64,000 nucleotides of DNA from a virus (IMGVR_UViG_3300044991_001466); one strand, 5' to 3'. Shown: positions 30,062 through 40,419, counted from the first letter of the stretch. The notes: generated by a model from the letters alone, not told the origin. Translations and numbers: made by a program.

Positions 30062-31320
30062 TTTATTTCTTTATTTACTAGGTAGTCAAAAAAGTAATTA
30101 ACATCTTTAGTTGATCTAAAAATGTTTAATACCGCCTGTTTATTTTTTTCAAATCGTTCAATGTTATTGTTATAAAATTCAATAACTTTATCTTTATTAT
30201 CGTTTAATCGTTTAATTTCATCTAAGACCATAAAAAATCTTTTTCTAATATCAGGCTCTCTATCGTAACTATGATCTATAAAATCATCAAAAACATCAAA
30301 CCCATGTAACTCTCTCAGATACCTTACGTGTCTTTGTGATGATAAAAAAATTGGTAATTGATAAAAATAAAATGGTTTTAATGATTTTTCGGTAATGTGT
30401 ACCGCATCATAATGATAATTAGATTCAGTTACTATATTAACATACGTATTTTCAAATGTTTTAGTTTCATAAATTTTTTCCCAATTAAATGACCCTAAAA
30501 CCTCCTCAGCTTCAAACCACCCCGACTCCTCTTCATATTTACTTCGTTTAATATCAATAGAATCAAAATAATCAATTTCGGGTTTTAATTCTATAATATC
30601 TTCATCATGTAAAATTCCGTTATAAAAATAGGTTAATGTTTTTTGTCTCTTAGCCCACCCCATAATAAGTGACCAATCCACATTTTCTAATATCCCAAGT
30701 TTCATTAACATTACCAATAAAGTATATCTATGTGTTTTGGGTGACCTATTGTGACACATAAAAAACCCTTCCTTATCTTTTACATATTTTGAATTTTGAA
30801 ATGACAAATGTCGAGCAATAAATTTTAATAAAAATCCTGATGAATAAACATTAAGTTTTGTTCCAGTTTTAAATTTTAATATTTCCATTTCGGCATTATT
30901 GTTAATAACAAATATCCGACTTAAATCAAAACCTTTTTTGGTAAAATAAGAATCAATATATAATAAATAATCTTCAGTTTCATATTCATGTTCGTTTAAA
31001 AATATGATATTGAAATTATTACATGATAAAAAACATTCCCCAACAATTTCAGGTAAAGGAATTGTTTTATATTCTTTAAATGTATTATGGACATTACCAA
31101 TCCCGTTTATAAAATAAAAATAATTCTCATCAGGGTTTTTGTAAACGTCTTCAATCTTACATTTATTCATTCGATGATATATTTTATGACTTGAATCGTC
31201 ATAAAATCTAAAAAACCCATCTAAAATCCTAAACCTATTTGGTTGTGTTGTGTTAAGTAAATTAGGTTGTGTTTCACCATCCACCCAATTATCGTAAACT
31301 ACATTTAAAATATCACCCAT
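30058..31320 (-). CDS. 'TEK-family' putative glycosyltransferase, paralogue 2
   Basis: Start moved to the second ATG (MGDILNVVYD). HNRSPKTHR, NIVTES, HITEKSLKPF, GFDVFDDFIDHSYD. Confidence 0.55.
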   Translation of the reverse strand: MGDILNVVYDNWVDGETQPNLLNTTQPNRFRILDGFFRFYDDSSHKIYHRMNKCKIEDVYKNPDENYFYFINGIGNVHNTFKEYKTIPLPEIVGECFLSCNNFNIIFLNEHEYETEDYLLYIDSYFTKKGFDLSRIFVINNNAEMEILKFKTGTKLNVYSSGFLLKFIARHLSFQNSKYVKDKEGFFMCHNRSPKTHRYTLLVMLMKLGILENVDWSLIMGWAKRQKTLTYFYNGILHDEDIIELKPEIDYFDSIDIKRSKYEEESGWFEAEEVLGSFNWEKIYETKTFENTYVNIVTESNYHYDAVHITEKSLKPFYFYQLPIFLSSQRHVRYLRELHGFDVFDDFIDHSYDREPDIRKRFFMVLDEIKRLNDNKDKVIEFYNNNIERFEKNKQAVLNIFRSTKDVNYFFDYLVNKEIK

Positions 31321-31937
31321 TTTCCTGTTCCGTAGTGCGGCCACTCTTTTTTATAATCGTACCAAATAACATCATTAGGTGCTTCAGTTTTTATTTTCCA
31401 AGTTTCTATTGTTGGAGTATTGGTTGAAACTCCATTATCCTCTACCACAAATTTTATTGGTAAATCAAAATTCTTGGCATATTTGTAATTTTCCATAAAT
31501 CCACCAGTTTCGTATGCCATATCACCAATAAAACACCATACCATTTCATCATTACCTTCCATTTTATTTTTCATAGCAACACCAACTGCAATTGGTATGA
31601 TGGCACCAACAATAGCGGACGCATAAAACTTCTCTTCTTTATTTACTAACGTAATAGACCTACCTTCTAATATTTCGTTTTCAATCCATAGAGGGTCTAT
31701 ACCTTTTAGTAATGCGTGATAATGTGATCTCCAAGTAGAGAAAACCCAATCAGATTTTTTTATTCGTCTAAAGATTTCAATTAATTCTTTTTCATTACCA
31801 CCACTCAAATGAATCGGTCCTCTTACTCTACCCGATTCCCAATGGTCTGCCATCTTTCTTTCAAATTGAATTAATCCTGCACTATCCCATAATGATTCTC
31901 TCACTATTGGTAAATGGTCATTTAAATTTTTTATCAT
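31305..31937 (-). CDS. TPP-enzyme alpha subunit (E1-alpha-like, short)
   Basis: GPIHLSGGNE, FSTWRSHYHALLKG, AIVGAIIPIAVGVA, TPP motif GDMAYETG...VVEDN. Confidence 0.85.
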   Translation of the reverse strand: MIKNLNDHLPIVRESLWDSAGLIQFERKMADHWESGRVRGPIHLSGGNEKELIEIFRRIKKSDWVFSTWRSHYHALLKGIDPLWIENEILEGRSITLVNKEEKFYASAIVGAIIPIAVGVAMKNKMEGNDEMVWCFIGDMAYETGGFMENYKYAKNFDLPIKFVVEDNGVSTNTPTIETWKIKTEAPNDVIWYDYKKEWPHYGTGKWVIF

Positions 31938-32479
31938 CTATCTCTTTTTTGTAATATTGGATTATTTGTTGGCCATTCCATTTGATATTCGGGGTCATTC
32001 CATTTAACAACTCCTTGTTCGTCAGCATCGACATAACCATCTTTATAAAATAGGTTATAGTGAAACATACAATCGGTTAATGCGTAATGTCCATTTGCAA
32101 ACCCTGGTGGAACCAACACTTGATTTCTTTCTTTTTCAGTTATCATGAAAGATTCCCAATCCCCAAATGTTGATGAATATTTCCTCATATCTAATACTAT
32201 TAAATATATATCACCAACTGCGGCTTGTACTAACTTCCAAGTTTTAGTATCATAGTGTAAACCTCTTAATACCCCTTTATACGATTTTGAAAATCTACCG
32301 TGAATACTAATTTCACTTTTTTCATAATGTATATGCCTCATTACAGGATGTTCTTCTGAATGAAAGGTTGTGAATATTTCACCTCTATATTCTCTATAAA
32401 TTGAAGGTGTAAACGTTGGAACTTGATATCCAAATACTTTTGATGGAGTTTCTATAAACTCATCCCATTTATTGCTCAT
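31934..32479 (-). CDS. rfbC: dTDP-4-dehydrorhamnose 3,5-epimerase family
   Basis: YRGEIF, SKSYKGVLRGLHY, VLVPPGFANGH, VKWNDP. Confidence 0.85.
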   Translation of the reverse strand: MSNKWDEFIETPSKVFGYQVPTFTPSIYREYRGEIFTTFHSEEHPVMRHIHYEKSEISIHGRFSKSYKGVLRGLHYDTKTWKLVQAAVGDIYLIVLDMRKYSSTFGDWESFMITEKERNQVLVPPGFANGHYALTDCMFHYNLFYKDGYVDADEQGVVKWNDPEYQMEWPTNNPILQKRDR

Positions 32480-32480
32480 A

Positions 32481-33452
32481 TTATGTGTTGTTTGCGTATC
32501 CTAAAGGAAAACCATTTCTAAATTCTGCACCCATTTTAGGTACAATCATTTGGTATGCCATTATTAATTCATTAATTCCCATATCAATATCCCACTTAGG
32601 AGACCAACCAGTCAATTCAACTTTAGTGTTTGATACAATGTAATCTCTTTTATCGGGGTCTTCGTAATAGTCATTATATGACACTGCAAAGTTTTTAACA
32701 TGAGATTGAATTTTCTCAAGTAATTCCTGTTTTGATAAATTAGCGTTACTTAATCCAACATTGAAAACTTCACCCTTATATTTGTCATAATTTTCTAACA
32801 TAAACAAAAACACATTTGCCACATCTTGAATATGTATGAAATTTCTTTTAAAACTCTTTTCAAAAACAACAATGTATTTGTCAGTGATTGCCTTATAAGT
32901 AAAATCATTAACTAATAAGTCGGTTCTCATTCTTGGAGACACACCAAAAACAGTTGCCAATCTAAAAACAATAGCGTCAGTTGAAGTCCTTAAAAAATTC
33001 TCAGCTTCACATTTTGTTTGACCATAAACTGAAATTGGTGTAAGTGGAGATTCCTCGGTACATTCTAATTGACCAGTACTTAAACCATAACCACTATTTG
33101 TATTTGGATATAAAATCTTTTTACCCTTTCCATTTGTGAATTTAACAATATTAACTATTTGTTGTAAGTTAATTTCTTTTGCTAATTTAGGGTCTTGTGC
33201 ACAAGCAGGAAACCCAACTATTGCGGCTAAAGGTATGATTACATCAACCTCATTACATAACCTTTCCAATTCCGTTTCATTACGAACATCACCATAGATA
33301 AATTTAAAATTTGGATTTGATGTGTATTGTAATAGTGAGGTTTGATTAAATAATAATTTATCCAAGACTATTACGTTGTGACCGTAATCTAACATTTTAC
33401 CAGTAATAACAGAACCGAGATAACCGGCACCACCTGTGATTAGTATTTTCAT
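32481..33452 (-). CDS. NAD-dependent epimerase/dehydratase (extended SDR)
   Basis: ITGGAGYLG, LAAIVG, PISVYGQTK (YxxxK), FRLATVFG, RNFIHIQD. Confidence 0.9.
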   Translation of the reverse strand: MKILITGGAGYLGSVITGKMLDYGHNVIVLDKLLFNQTSLLQYTSNPNFKFIYGDVRNETELERLCNEVDVIIPLAAIVGFPACAQDPKLAKEINLQQIVNIVKFTNGKGKKILYPNTNSGYGLSTGQLECTEESPLTPISVYGQTKCEAENFLRTSTDAIVFRLATVFGVSPRMRTDLLVNDFTYKAITDKYIVVFEKSFKRNFIHIQDVANVFLFMLENYDKYKGEVFNVGLSNANLSKQELLEKIQSHVKNFAVSYNDYYEDPDKRDYIVSNTKVELTGWSPKWDIDMGINELIMAYQMIVPKMGAEFRNGFPLGYANNT

Positions 33453-33458
33453 AATTAA

Positions 33459-33487
33459 AATATACGAAAAATATTATTAATTTCAAA
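33459..33487 (-). promoter_or_regulatory. Minus-strand promoter TTTGAAA-N16-TATATT
   Basis: Reverse complement reads CAATTTGAAATTAATAATATTTTTCGTATATTTTAATTATG, with the ATG 6 nt after TATATT. Divergent from the 33488 promoter. Confidence 0.6.
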
Positions 33488-33516
33488 TTGTTATTTCAAT
33501 TATTTTTAACTATATT
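33488..33516 (+). promoter_or_regulatory. Promoter TTGTTA-N17-TATATT
   Basis: 11 nt upstream of ATG 33528; back-to-back with the minus-strand promoter. Confidence 0.6.
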
Positions 33517-33527
33517 ATCACATAGAT

Positions 33528-34772
33528 ATGGATAAAATTATATGCAGTTTAGAAGAGTGGGATAGTGTTATTGACTATCATAGACCTAATGGTGCATCTA
33601 AATCTTGGTATTTAAAAGAATTAGGGGAATTAACAAGACCCCTAATGTGGGGTAATTGGGACTTATTTAATGAAAACGGTGAATTTTTTACGCCAGATTT
33701 TTTTAAAGGTAAAATAGCACCGAACATATATAATAAAAAAATAGAATACCAAACAATAGATAACATAGAGAACGACAAACACATATATGTTATTAATATT
33801 TATAATGTTTCATTTTTTTATGAAAATTTAGATATTGGATTTAGTTGCATATCTGAAAAATATCTTGATGATGTTAGAAATGGAAAATCCAAGATAGTTT
33901 TAATGTTGTTGTATGAAGGAACGTCAGGTTCTAAAGATAACTATGACTTGGAAATTATAAATAAGTGGAGAAAGGATTCTAACTTACCAACAAATTCAAT
34001 TTATTTTTGTTGTGGTAATTTATTGTGTAATCAAATCACTATAGAGAAAGGATTAGGGATTACGTCGATACCAATGTTGGATTTTGAAACATGGAACACA
34101 TATCAAGGTGATATTGTTGACTATACACCTGTAAATCAAAAAAACTTATTTTTAAATTATAATAGAAACCCTAGACCTCATAGGGTTGAATTTTTAAGTA
34201 ATCTTTTAAATGTAGATATTTTTAATAGGGGTTTAATTAGTATAGGAAAGGTTATTGATGGTAACAATGAATTTTTAATCAACAACACCCCTATTACTAT
34301 TGATGATACCTATGATTTAAAATTCAATATGGCATGTAGTATAACTAAAAGTGATTATGAAAAAACATTCATATCGGTCGTATCTGAAACATTAGTTGAT
34401 GAAGGTACTTTGTTTATAACTGAGAAAACTTGGAAGCCGATAATGGTTGGTCATCCATTTATGATTTTGGGTAATCAAGGTACATTAAAGTATTTAAAAT
34501 CAATAGGTTATAAAACTTTTAGTCCTTGGATTAATGAAGAATATGATGATATTTCAGATTCTGCAACAAGGTTAATTAAAATTGTTGAGGAATTGGAAAA
34601 ATTAAGTAAAAAGAGTGTTGAGGAATTATTAGAAATTAGGAAAGAAATGGGAGATATATGTAAACATAATCAGGAAAATTTTAATAACCGATTTAAAATG
34701 AAGTATGGTGAGAATAATATAAACGGAGATATATCAAACATGTTTGATATTATATGGAATGAAATTAGTTAA
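33528..34772 (+). CDS. 'TEK-family' putative glycosyltransferase, paralogue 3
   Basis: YNRNPRPHR, VVSET, FITEKTWKP...HPFMILG, GYKTFSPWINEEYD. Confidence 0.55.
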   Translation: MDKIICSLEEWDSVIDYHRPNGASKSWYLKELGELTRPLMWGNWDLFNENGEFFTPDFFKGKIAPNIYNKKIEYQTIDNIENDKHIYVINIYNVSFFYENLDIGFSCISEKYLDDVRNGKSKIVLMLLYEGTSGSKDNYDLEIINKWRKDSNLPTNSIYFCCGNLLCNQITIEKGLGITSIPMLDFETWNTYQGDIVDYTPVNQKNLFLNYNRNPRPHRVEFLSNLLNVDIFNRGLISIGKVIDGNNEFLINNTPITIDDTYDLKFNMACSITKSDYEKTFISVVSETLVDEGTLFITEKTWKPIMVGHPFMILGNQGTLKYLKSIGYKTFSPWINEEYDDISDSATRLIKIVEELEKLSKKSVEELLEIRKEMGDICKHNQENFNNRFKMKYGENNINGDISNMFDIIWNEIS

Positions 34773-34774
34773 CT

Positions 34775-36031
34775 ATGGAAAATAACACAAAAAAACTAAA
34801 TTTAGTTTACGATAAGTGGGATGACAACACAAAAAAACCAACACCAAACGGTAGTTGGGATGCCTCTAACTTAATAAACCATTTCATAAATGATTCATTT
34901 AAATACAATAAATTTGAGTTGAAAAATTGTAAATTAGAAGATGTTTATGAAAATAAAAATGAAAAATACTATTATTTTTTTACACACGGTAGAGAGGAAC
35001 TATCAAAAATTTTTGACAGAGAATTACCATTTGAAATTGATATATTAAACTGTTTAAAAGACTGCCCAAATTTTTATTTTGTTTACATTACAGAACATGA
35101 ACCAGATAATGAAAGTGGGTTCAGAATGTTACGAGAATTTATATCTTATCAAAAATTAAACGAAACACAATTTTACGTCATAAATAATAATGATAAACTT
35201 AATGAATATAAAATAAAATATAATAGTAATATAAATGTGCATTCATTGCAATTCATAGCTCACTCCTCAACAAAAGTTTTAGATTATGTTGGCGGGTGTA
35301 GTTTTATTCCTAACAAAACAGGTAAATTTGCTATGTTATTTAATAAATCCCCGAGATCTCAAAGGGCGTGTTTGTTATGTCTATTAATGAAAAATGGATT
35401 ACTTAACCAAATGAATTGGTCTTTTGTACCAACATATAATGTTAACATAGATGAAAGGTATTTTAAGGATTTATTAAGTGAAAATGATATAAATGACATT
35501 AAATCTGAGATTGATGATTTTTCTAAATTAGAAATTAAAATCAGTGATTTTGAGGAAGAAAAAAATTGGTTTAACAAACACGAACAACCAAATATGGCTG
35601 GGTTACCAAAAATAATGACAATACCAGAGTACCCAAAAAATTATGAAAATTCATATGTTAACATTGTTACCGAATCAATGTATTTTAAAAAGTATAATGT
35701 AATCCACATAACTGAAAAATCATTTAGACCATTTTATTATTATCAAATCCCATTAATATTGGCGTCCGAAGGACATGTTAAAAAAATAAAAGAGAGATAT
35801 GGGTTAGATTTTTTTGACGACATCATTGACCACAGTTATGATGGTATTAAAAATGATAGAGATAGATTATATGCTTTTGTAAAAGAAATTGAAAGAATAC
35901 ATCAAAATAAAGACCAAATCATTGAATTTTATAAAAAAAATCAAGAAAGATTTGAAGATAATAAAAGAAAAATCATTAAAAATTTAGATTTAGTTAATGA
36001 TGAATATGAATTTTTTAAAAACTTAATTTAA
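34775..36031 (+). CDS. 'TEK-family' putative glycosyltransferase, paralogue 4
   Basis: FNKSPRSQR, NIVTES, HITEKSFRPF, GLDFFDDIIDHSYD. Confidence 0.55.
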   Translation: MENNTKKLNLVYDKWDDNTKKPTPNGSWDASNLINHFINDSFKYNKFELKNCKLEDVYENKNEKYYYFFTHGREELSKIFDRELPFEIDILNCLKDCPNFYFVYITEHEPDNESGFRMLREFISYQKLNETQFYVINNNDKLNEYKIKYNSNINVHSLQFIAHSSTKVLDYVGGCSFIPNKTGKFAMLFNKSPRSQRACLLCLLMKNGLLNQMNWSFVPTYNVNIDERYFKDLLSENDINDIKSEIDDFSKLEIKISDFEEEKNWFNKHEQPNMAGLPKIMTIPEYPKNYENSYVNIVTESMYFKKYNVIHITEKSFRPFYYYQIPLILASEGHVKKIKERYGLDFFDDIIDHSYDGIKNDRDRLYAFVKEIERIHQNKDQIIEFYKKNQERFEDNKRKIIKNLDLVNDEYEFFKNLI

Positions 36032-36741
36032 TGGGAACATTATGGACTTTTGGTTGCAGTTTTACTGCGGAGTGGTATCCAGTGGGATATGAAAACCCAT
36101 CGACATACGATGAATATAAAAAATTTAAAGGAGGTACGTTACCTGATGTGTGGCCAATTATTTTAGGTAAAAAATTAAATTATGACCTTAGAAACTGTGC
36201 CTTTGGTGGGTCATCAAATTATAATATATTAAAACAGTTTATTAATGCAATTGATAACATAAATGAGGGGGACATATTAATATTTGGATGGACAAGTTTA
36301 CTTAGATTTTGTGCTGTTAGTGAATCGGAACATAAAATTATTGAAATGTTACCAAGATATTCATATGATGTAAATGTTGGTTATTCAAAAACAACTGTTG
36401 ATGAAATATTGGTTAATAGGTCACATCCATTATGGGCGGAAGAGGTTAATAATTGGATTAAGTTTATTAATGATTATTGTTGTTTAAAAAATGTTGAGAT
36501 ATTTCATTGGAATAGTGATATTTTGTTGTTTGACGAGAACTCCAAATTTATTGATGATAAAAAATACATATTACCACCAAAAGGAAATCAGAATGAAACA
36601 ATGATTAATTATTTTACCAATAATATAGGAACAATACAAGATGAAACTGATGGTAAAATTAATGATTTACATTTAGGTGAGTTTGGTCACATTAAACAAG
36701 CTGAATATTTTTATAATCACATAAAAAAACACATAAAATGA
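36031..36741 (+). CDS. SGNH/GDSL-like protein
   Basis: WTFGCSFT; GGSSN; DLHLGEFGH. Confidence 0.6.
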   Translation: MGTLWTFGCSFTAEWYPVGYENPSTYDEYKKFKGGTLPDVWPIILGKKLNYDLRNCAFGGSSNYNILKQFINAIDNINEGDILIFGWTSLLRFCAVSESEHKIIEMLPRYSYDVNVGYSKTTVDEILVNRSHPLWAEEVNNWIKFINDYCCLKNVEIFHWNSDILLFDENSKFIDDKKYILPPKGNQNETMINYFTNNIGTIQDETDGKINDLHLGEFGHIKQAEYFYNHIKKHIK

Positions 36742-37361
36742 GGTTAATAACATTTGGAGATAGTTGGACTGCGGGTCATGGTATTGAAACTGATATAAAA
36801 TATAAAGAGGAACCATTTCCAGATGCATTCACACAAAAATTAAGGGATATGAATTCGTGGCCAAGATGGGTTGCACAAAAACTTGATTGTCCATATGTTA
36901 ATCTTGGTGTTTGTGGTTATGGAAACGAATACATTTTAAATGAGATTGATGGAATTAAAAATTTTGGATTATTATCTAAAGACGACATCATCATTGTTAT
37001 GTTCTCATATCCATATAGATATAAATCTAAAGATAGTCACAATGTTGTTGAGATATTCTTACTAATGGAAGAAATTTTAAAAGATTATAAACATTTTTAT
37101 TTTAATTCATTTTACCCATCGTTTAGGGAGGAGGATGTCGACACCAAAAAACTACCATCATATTTCATTAATCCCGATGGGTGTGTTTCAGATATTTTAA
37201 GGGAATATGAAATTAAAAATGATGAATCAGTTTGGGAGTATGGTAATAGAAGTGTATGGAATGACGAGGAAAATTTTTACGAGGGAGATTATCACCCAAA
37301 TTTAAATGGTTATAAAATAATTGGAGATTACATATATGAACAAATTAATAAAATTATATAA
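36738..37361 (+). CDS. SGNH/GDSL-like protein
   Basis: ITFGDSWTAGHG; NLGVCGYGN; DYHPNLNGY. Confidence 0.7.
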   Translation: MRLITFGDSWTAGHGIETDIKYKEEPFPDAFTQKLRDMNSWPRWVAQKLDCPYVNLGVCGYGNEYILNEIDGIKNFGLLSKDDIIIVMFSYPYRYKSKDSHNVVEIFLLMEEILKDYKHFYFNSFYPSFREEDVDTKKLPSYFINPDGCVSDILREYEIKNDESVWEYGNRSVWNDEENFYEGDYHPNLNGYKIIGDYIYEQINKII

Positions 37362-38082
37362 CGAAGATAATATTAAAATATGGGTGGATTATTTAACTCA
37401 TGTTGATATTAAATTTAATGGGTATAAACCAAAAATTCAAAACAACTCAAAACACTATGCTGTTATAATTGAACCTAGACAACATCTTAATTTAGCGTTG
37501 GTGATGAAATCAACAATGTTTCATTTAAATGAGAATGAATCACCAATTAAGTGGGGATTACAAATTTTTCATGGTACGAATAACGAAGACTATATAAAAA
37601 ACATAACTAAAGATTGGGGTGGAGTTGAATATTTTAATATGGGGGTTAGAAACTTATCAAATATTGAACATAGTGAGTATATGGAAACATCGGATTTTTG
37701 GAAAAATGTAAAAGGGGATAAGGCTTTAATTTTTCAAACAGATTCTTTACTATTAAGAAGCGGTATTGATGAATTCTTATCTTATGATTACATAGGAGCT
37801 CCGTGGAGAAAACCAAAAGAAAATCAGTGGGTTGGTAATGGAGGATTATCATTAAGAACCGTTAGTAAAATGATTGAAATTTGTGAAAATAACCCAGTTA
37901 CCGAACAAATTTGGGAAGATATTTATTTTATGAAACATATGAAAGGAATGGGTGTTGCTGATGTTGAAACCGCGTCAAAATTTAGTATGGAAGACGTATT
38001 TTCAAAAAACCCCTTAGGTGTTCATAACCCAATAAGACACATTGAACCAAAACAATTAAAAAAGGTTCTTTTTAAAAAATAG
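37336..38082 (+). CDS. DUF5672-like protein (putative glycosyltransferase-related)
   Basis: Start moved to ATG 37336. IIEPR, LIFQTDS, YDYIGAPW, VGNGGLSLR, EDIYF. Confidence 0.7.
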   Translation: MNKLIKLYNEDNIKIWVDYLTHVDIKFNGYKPKIQNNSKHYAVIIEPRQHLNLALVMKSTMFHLNENESPIKWGLQIFHGTNNEDYIKNITKDWGGVEYFNMGVRNLSNIEHSEYMETSDFWKNVKGDKALIFQTDSLLLRSGIDEFLSYDYIGAPWRKPKENQWVGNGGLSLRTVSKMIEICENNPVTEQIWEDIYFMKHMKGMGVADVETASKFSMEDVFSKNPLGVHNPIRHIEPKQLKKVLFKK

Positions 38083-38085
38083 ACA

Positions 38086-39750
38086 ATGTATATAATCGGA
38101 ATATCGGCATTTTATCATGACTCCTCTGTATGTTTATTCAGAGATAACCAATTAATATTTGCATGTGAAGAAGAAAAGTTCACAGGGATAAAACACGATA
38201 GTTCATTCCCTGATAGGGCGTTAGATTATATATATATAAAATATAAAATAAACGAGAAAAATTTACAGGCGGTTTGTTATTACGAAGACCCAAAATTAAA
38301 ATACCAAAGAGTAGTTGATAACATTAGACCACAACTATTTAAAAACCCCTTTTATTCTATTAAATCTTTTTTAAAGATTAAAAGAAACATGAAAACTTTA
38401 GATAAAAGACTTAAAGAGTTATCACCTAATGTTTTTTATTCCACACATCATGAGGCTCACCAATATTATTCATATTACACATCACCATTTGAAAAGGCAA
38501 CTTGTCTATCAATAGATGGTGTTGGTGAGATTGATACGTTATCGGTTGGTTTTGGTGACTACCAAGGTATTGAATATGGTAGTATGGCGAAATACCCACA
38601 TTCGTTAGGTTTATTTTATTCTGCAATGACCTCATTTTTAGGGTTTAGACCAAATGAAGGTGAATATAAAATGATGGGATTGGCCCCATATGGAAATTCG
38701 GAAATTTATATTGATAAGGTAAGAAAATTAATTACATATAAAAATAGTAAATTGGAATGTAATATGGATGTTTTTTGTTGGAATACATCTGACAAAACCA
38801 TGTTCAATGATAATCTTTCTACATTACTTGAGATTGACCAACGTATACCTGACGATAGTTTAGAACCAGTACACAAAGATTTAGCGGCATCAGTACAAAA
38901 AGTTTACGAAGAAATATTATTCAAAATTTTAAAATCAATTTCAATTATAAGTGAAAGTCAAAATTTATGTTTAAGTGGAGGTTGTGCATATAATGGAACG
39001 GCAAATGGTAAGATTGTTAACGATTCGGCATTCAGTCATTTATGGATACCACCGGCACCATCTGATGCGGGTTCTGCAATAGGTGCTGTCATTCATTATT
39101 TAGTTAAGGAAAAGAAAGTTAGAAATAAAGTGACCAAAAATCCATTCTTAGGACCAATGTATTTTCTTGATGAGATTAAAGACGCCATTAAGAAAACTAA
39201 AAATTATAAGTTTGCGTCAGATACAAGTCTTATAGATTATGTCGCGAAAAAATTAAAAGAGGGTAAAGTTGTGGGTTGGTTTCATGGTCACATTGAATTC
39301 GGTTCAAGAGCATTGGGTAATCGATCAATCTTGGCAGACCCAACTATTGAGGGTATGAAAGACAGGATTAATAAAGTCATTAAAAAACGAGAAGGGTTTA
39401 GACCATTTGCGCCGATGGTGACTAAAGAAAGACAAGATGAATTTTTTGAAATGACTGACGATATCCCATATATGAATCAAGTGGTTAAGGTTAAACCAGA
39501 ATATAGAGACATATTAAAAGCGGTAACTCACGTAGACGGTTCAGCAAGAGTACAAACGGTATATAAAAACACCATGATATATGATTTATTAAAATCATTT
39601 GAAAAGGTATCAGGGTACCCAATATTATTAAACACGTCGTTTAATGTTAAAGATAAAACAATGGTATTGACACCCAAAGATGCGGTAGATACTTTTTACG
39701 ATACTGACATGGATTTGTTGGTTATAGGTAATTATATAATATATAAATAA
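38086..39750 (+). CDS. O-carbamoyltransferase (NodU/CmcH/NolO family)
   Basis: GISAFYHDSS, EEEKF..IKH, HHEAH, IDGVGE, GEYKMMGLAPYG, LSGGCAYN, GSRALGNRSILADP, RPFAP, HVDGSARVQTV, LLNTSFN. Confidence 0.92.
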   Translation: MYIIGISAFYHDSSVCLFRDNQLIFACEEEKFTGIKHDSSFPDRALDYIYIKYKINEKNLQAVCYYEDPKLKYQRVVDNIRPQLFKNPFYSIKSFLKIKRNMKTLDKRLKELSPNVFYSTHHEAHQYYSYYTSPFEKATCLSIDGVGEIDTLSVGFGDYQGIEYGSMAKYPHSLGLFYSAMTSFLGFRPNEGEYKMMGLAPYGNSEIYIDKVRKLITYKNSKLECNMDVFCWNTSDKTMFNDNLSTLLEIDQRIPDDSLEPVHKDLAASVQKVYEEILFKILKSISIISESQNLCLSGGCAYNGTANGKIVNDSAFSHLWIPPAPSDAGSAIGAVIHYLVKEKKVRNKVTKNPFLGPMYFLDEIKDAIKKTKNYKFASDTSLIDYVAKKLKEGKVVGWFHGHIEFGSRALGNRSILADPTIEGMKDRINKVIKKREGFRPFAPMVTKERQDEFFEMTDDIPYMNQVVKVKPEYRDILKAVTHVDGSARVQTVYKNTMIYDLLKSFEKVSGYPILLNTSFNVKDKTMVLTPKDAVDTFYDTDMDLLVIGNYIIYK

Positions 39751-40419
39751 ATGTCTAAAATTCTAATCATAGGGGATAGTTTTGTTGGTAAAGGTAGACC
39801 AACACACGATTCGTGGGTTGATATTATAAAAGATAATTTTAATTCCGTATATGTTGACAGTCAACCCAGTCGAGATACACAAACAGTACTCGACAAGTGG
39901 ATTATTTCAATACCGAATTTAAATTCTGATGATTCCTTAATAATAATGTTACCAACTTTTTTAAGGACTAGATTACCATATAATGAGACCCATTTTTGGG
40001 ATGACCATAATGCTGGAAACCTTACATCAATAAATAGGTTTGTTGGTATACACAAATATCAAAAAAGTGTGGACTTGATTGATGTGTTTGAATCTGAAAA
40101 AGATGATTATAATAAAATAATACAGACAATGCAGTTAATTAATTCTTCAAAAGCAGCAAGTCTTAATTATTTAGATATTATCAGTTCACTATATAAAATA
40201 ACTCCTTGTAAAGTTTTAATTTTTTCATGGGATGAAATGGATGAAAAATTAGATATTATTGAAGATAACTCAAAAATACAGAAAAATTTGGGACATTTAG
40301 GTTCGGCACATGATGAATATATTAGAACTAACGGAAATAGAGGACGTGAGCATGATCATCATTGGGATGATGAAACACAAATTTTATTTGCTAATTACAT
40401 AAAAAATAAATTAAAATAA
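39751..40419 (+). CDS. SGNH/GDSL-like protein (divergent)
   Basis: LIIGDSFV; C-terminal DHHW. Confidence 0.5.
   Translation: MSKILIIGDSFVGKGRPTHDSWVDIIKDNFNSVYVDSQPSRDTQTVLDKWIISIPNLNSDDSLIIMLPTFLRTRLPYNETHFWDDHNAGNLTSINRFVGIHKYQKSVDLIDVFESEKDDYNKIIQTMQLINSSKAASLNYLDIISSLYKITPCKVLIFSWDEMDEKLDIIEDNSKIQKNLGHLGSAHDEYIRTNGNRGREHDHHWDDETQILFANYIKNKLK

Noticed and set aside
26038-31937. Pyruvate dehydrogenase as an auxiliary energy-metabolism gene
   Set aside because: Both subunits are truncated, no E2 or E3 is present, and the genes sit among NDP-sugar enzymes.
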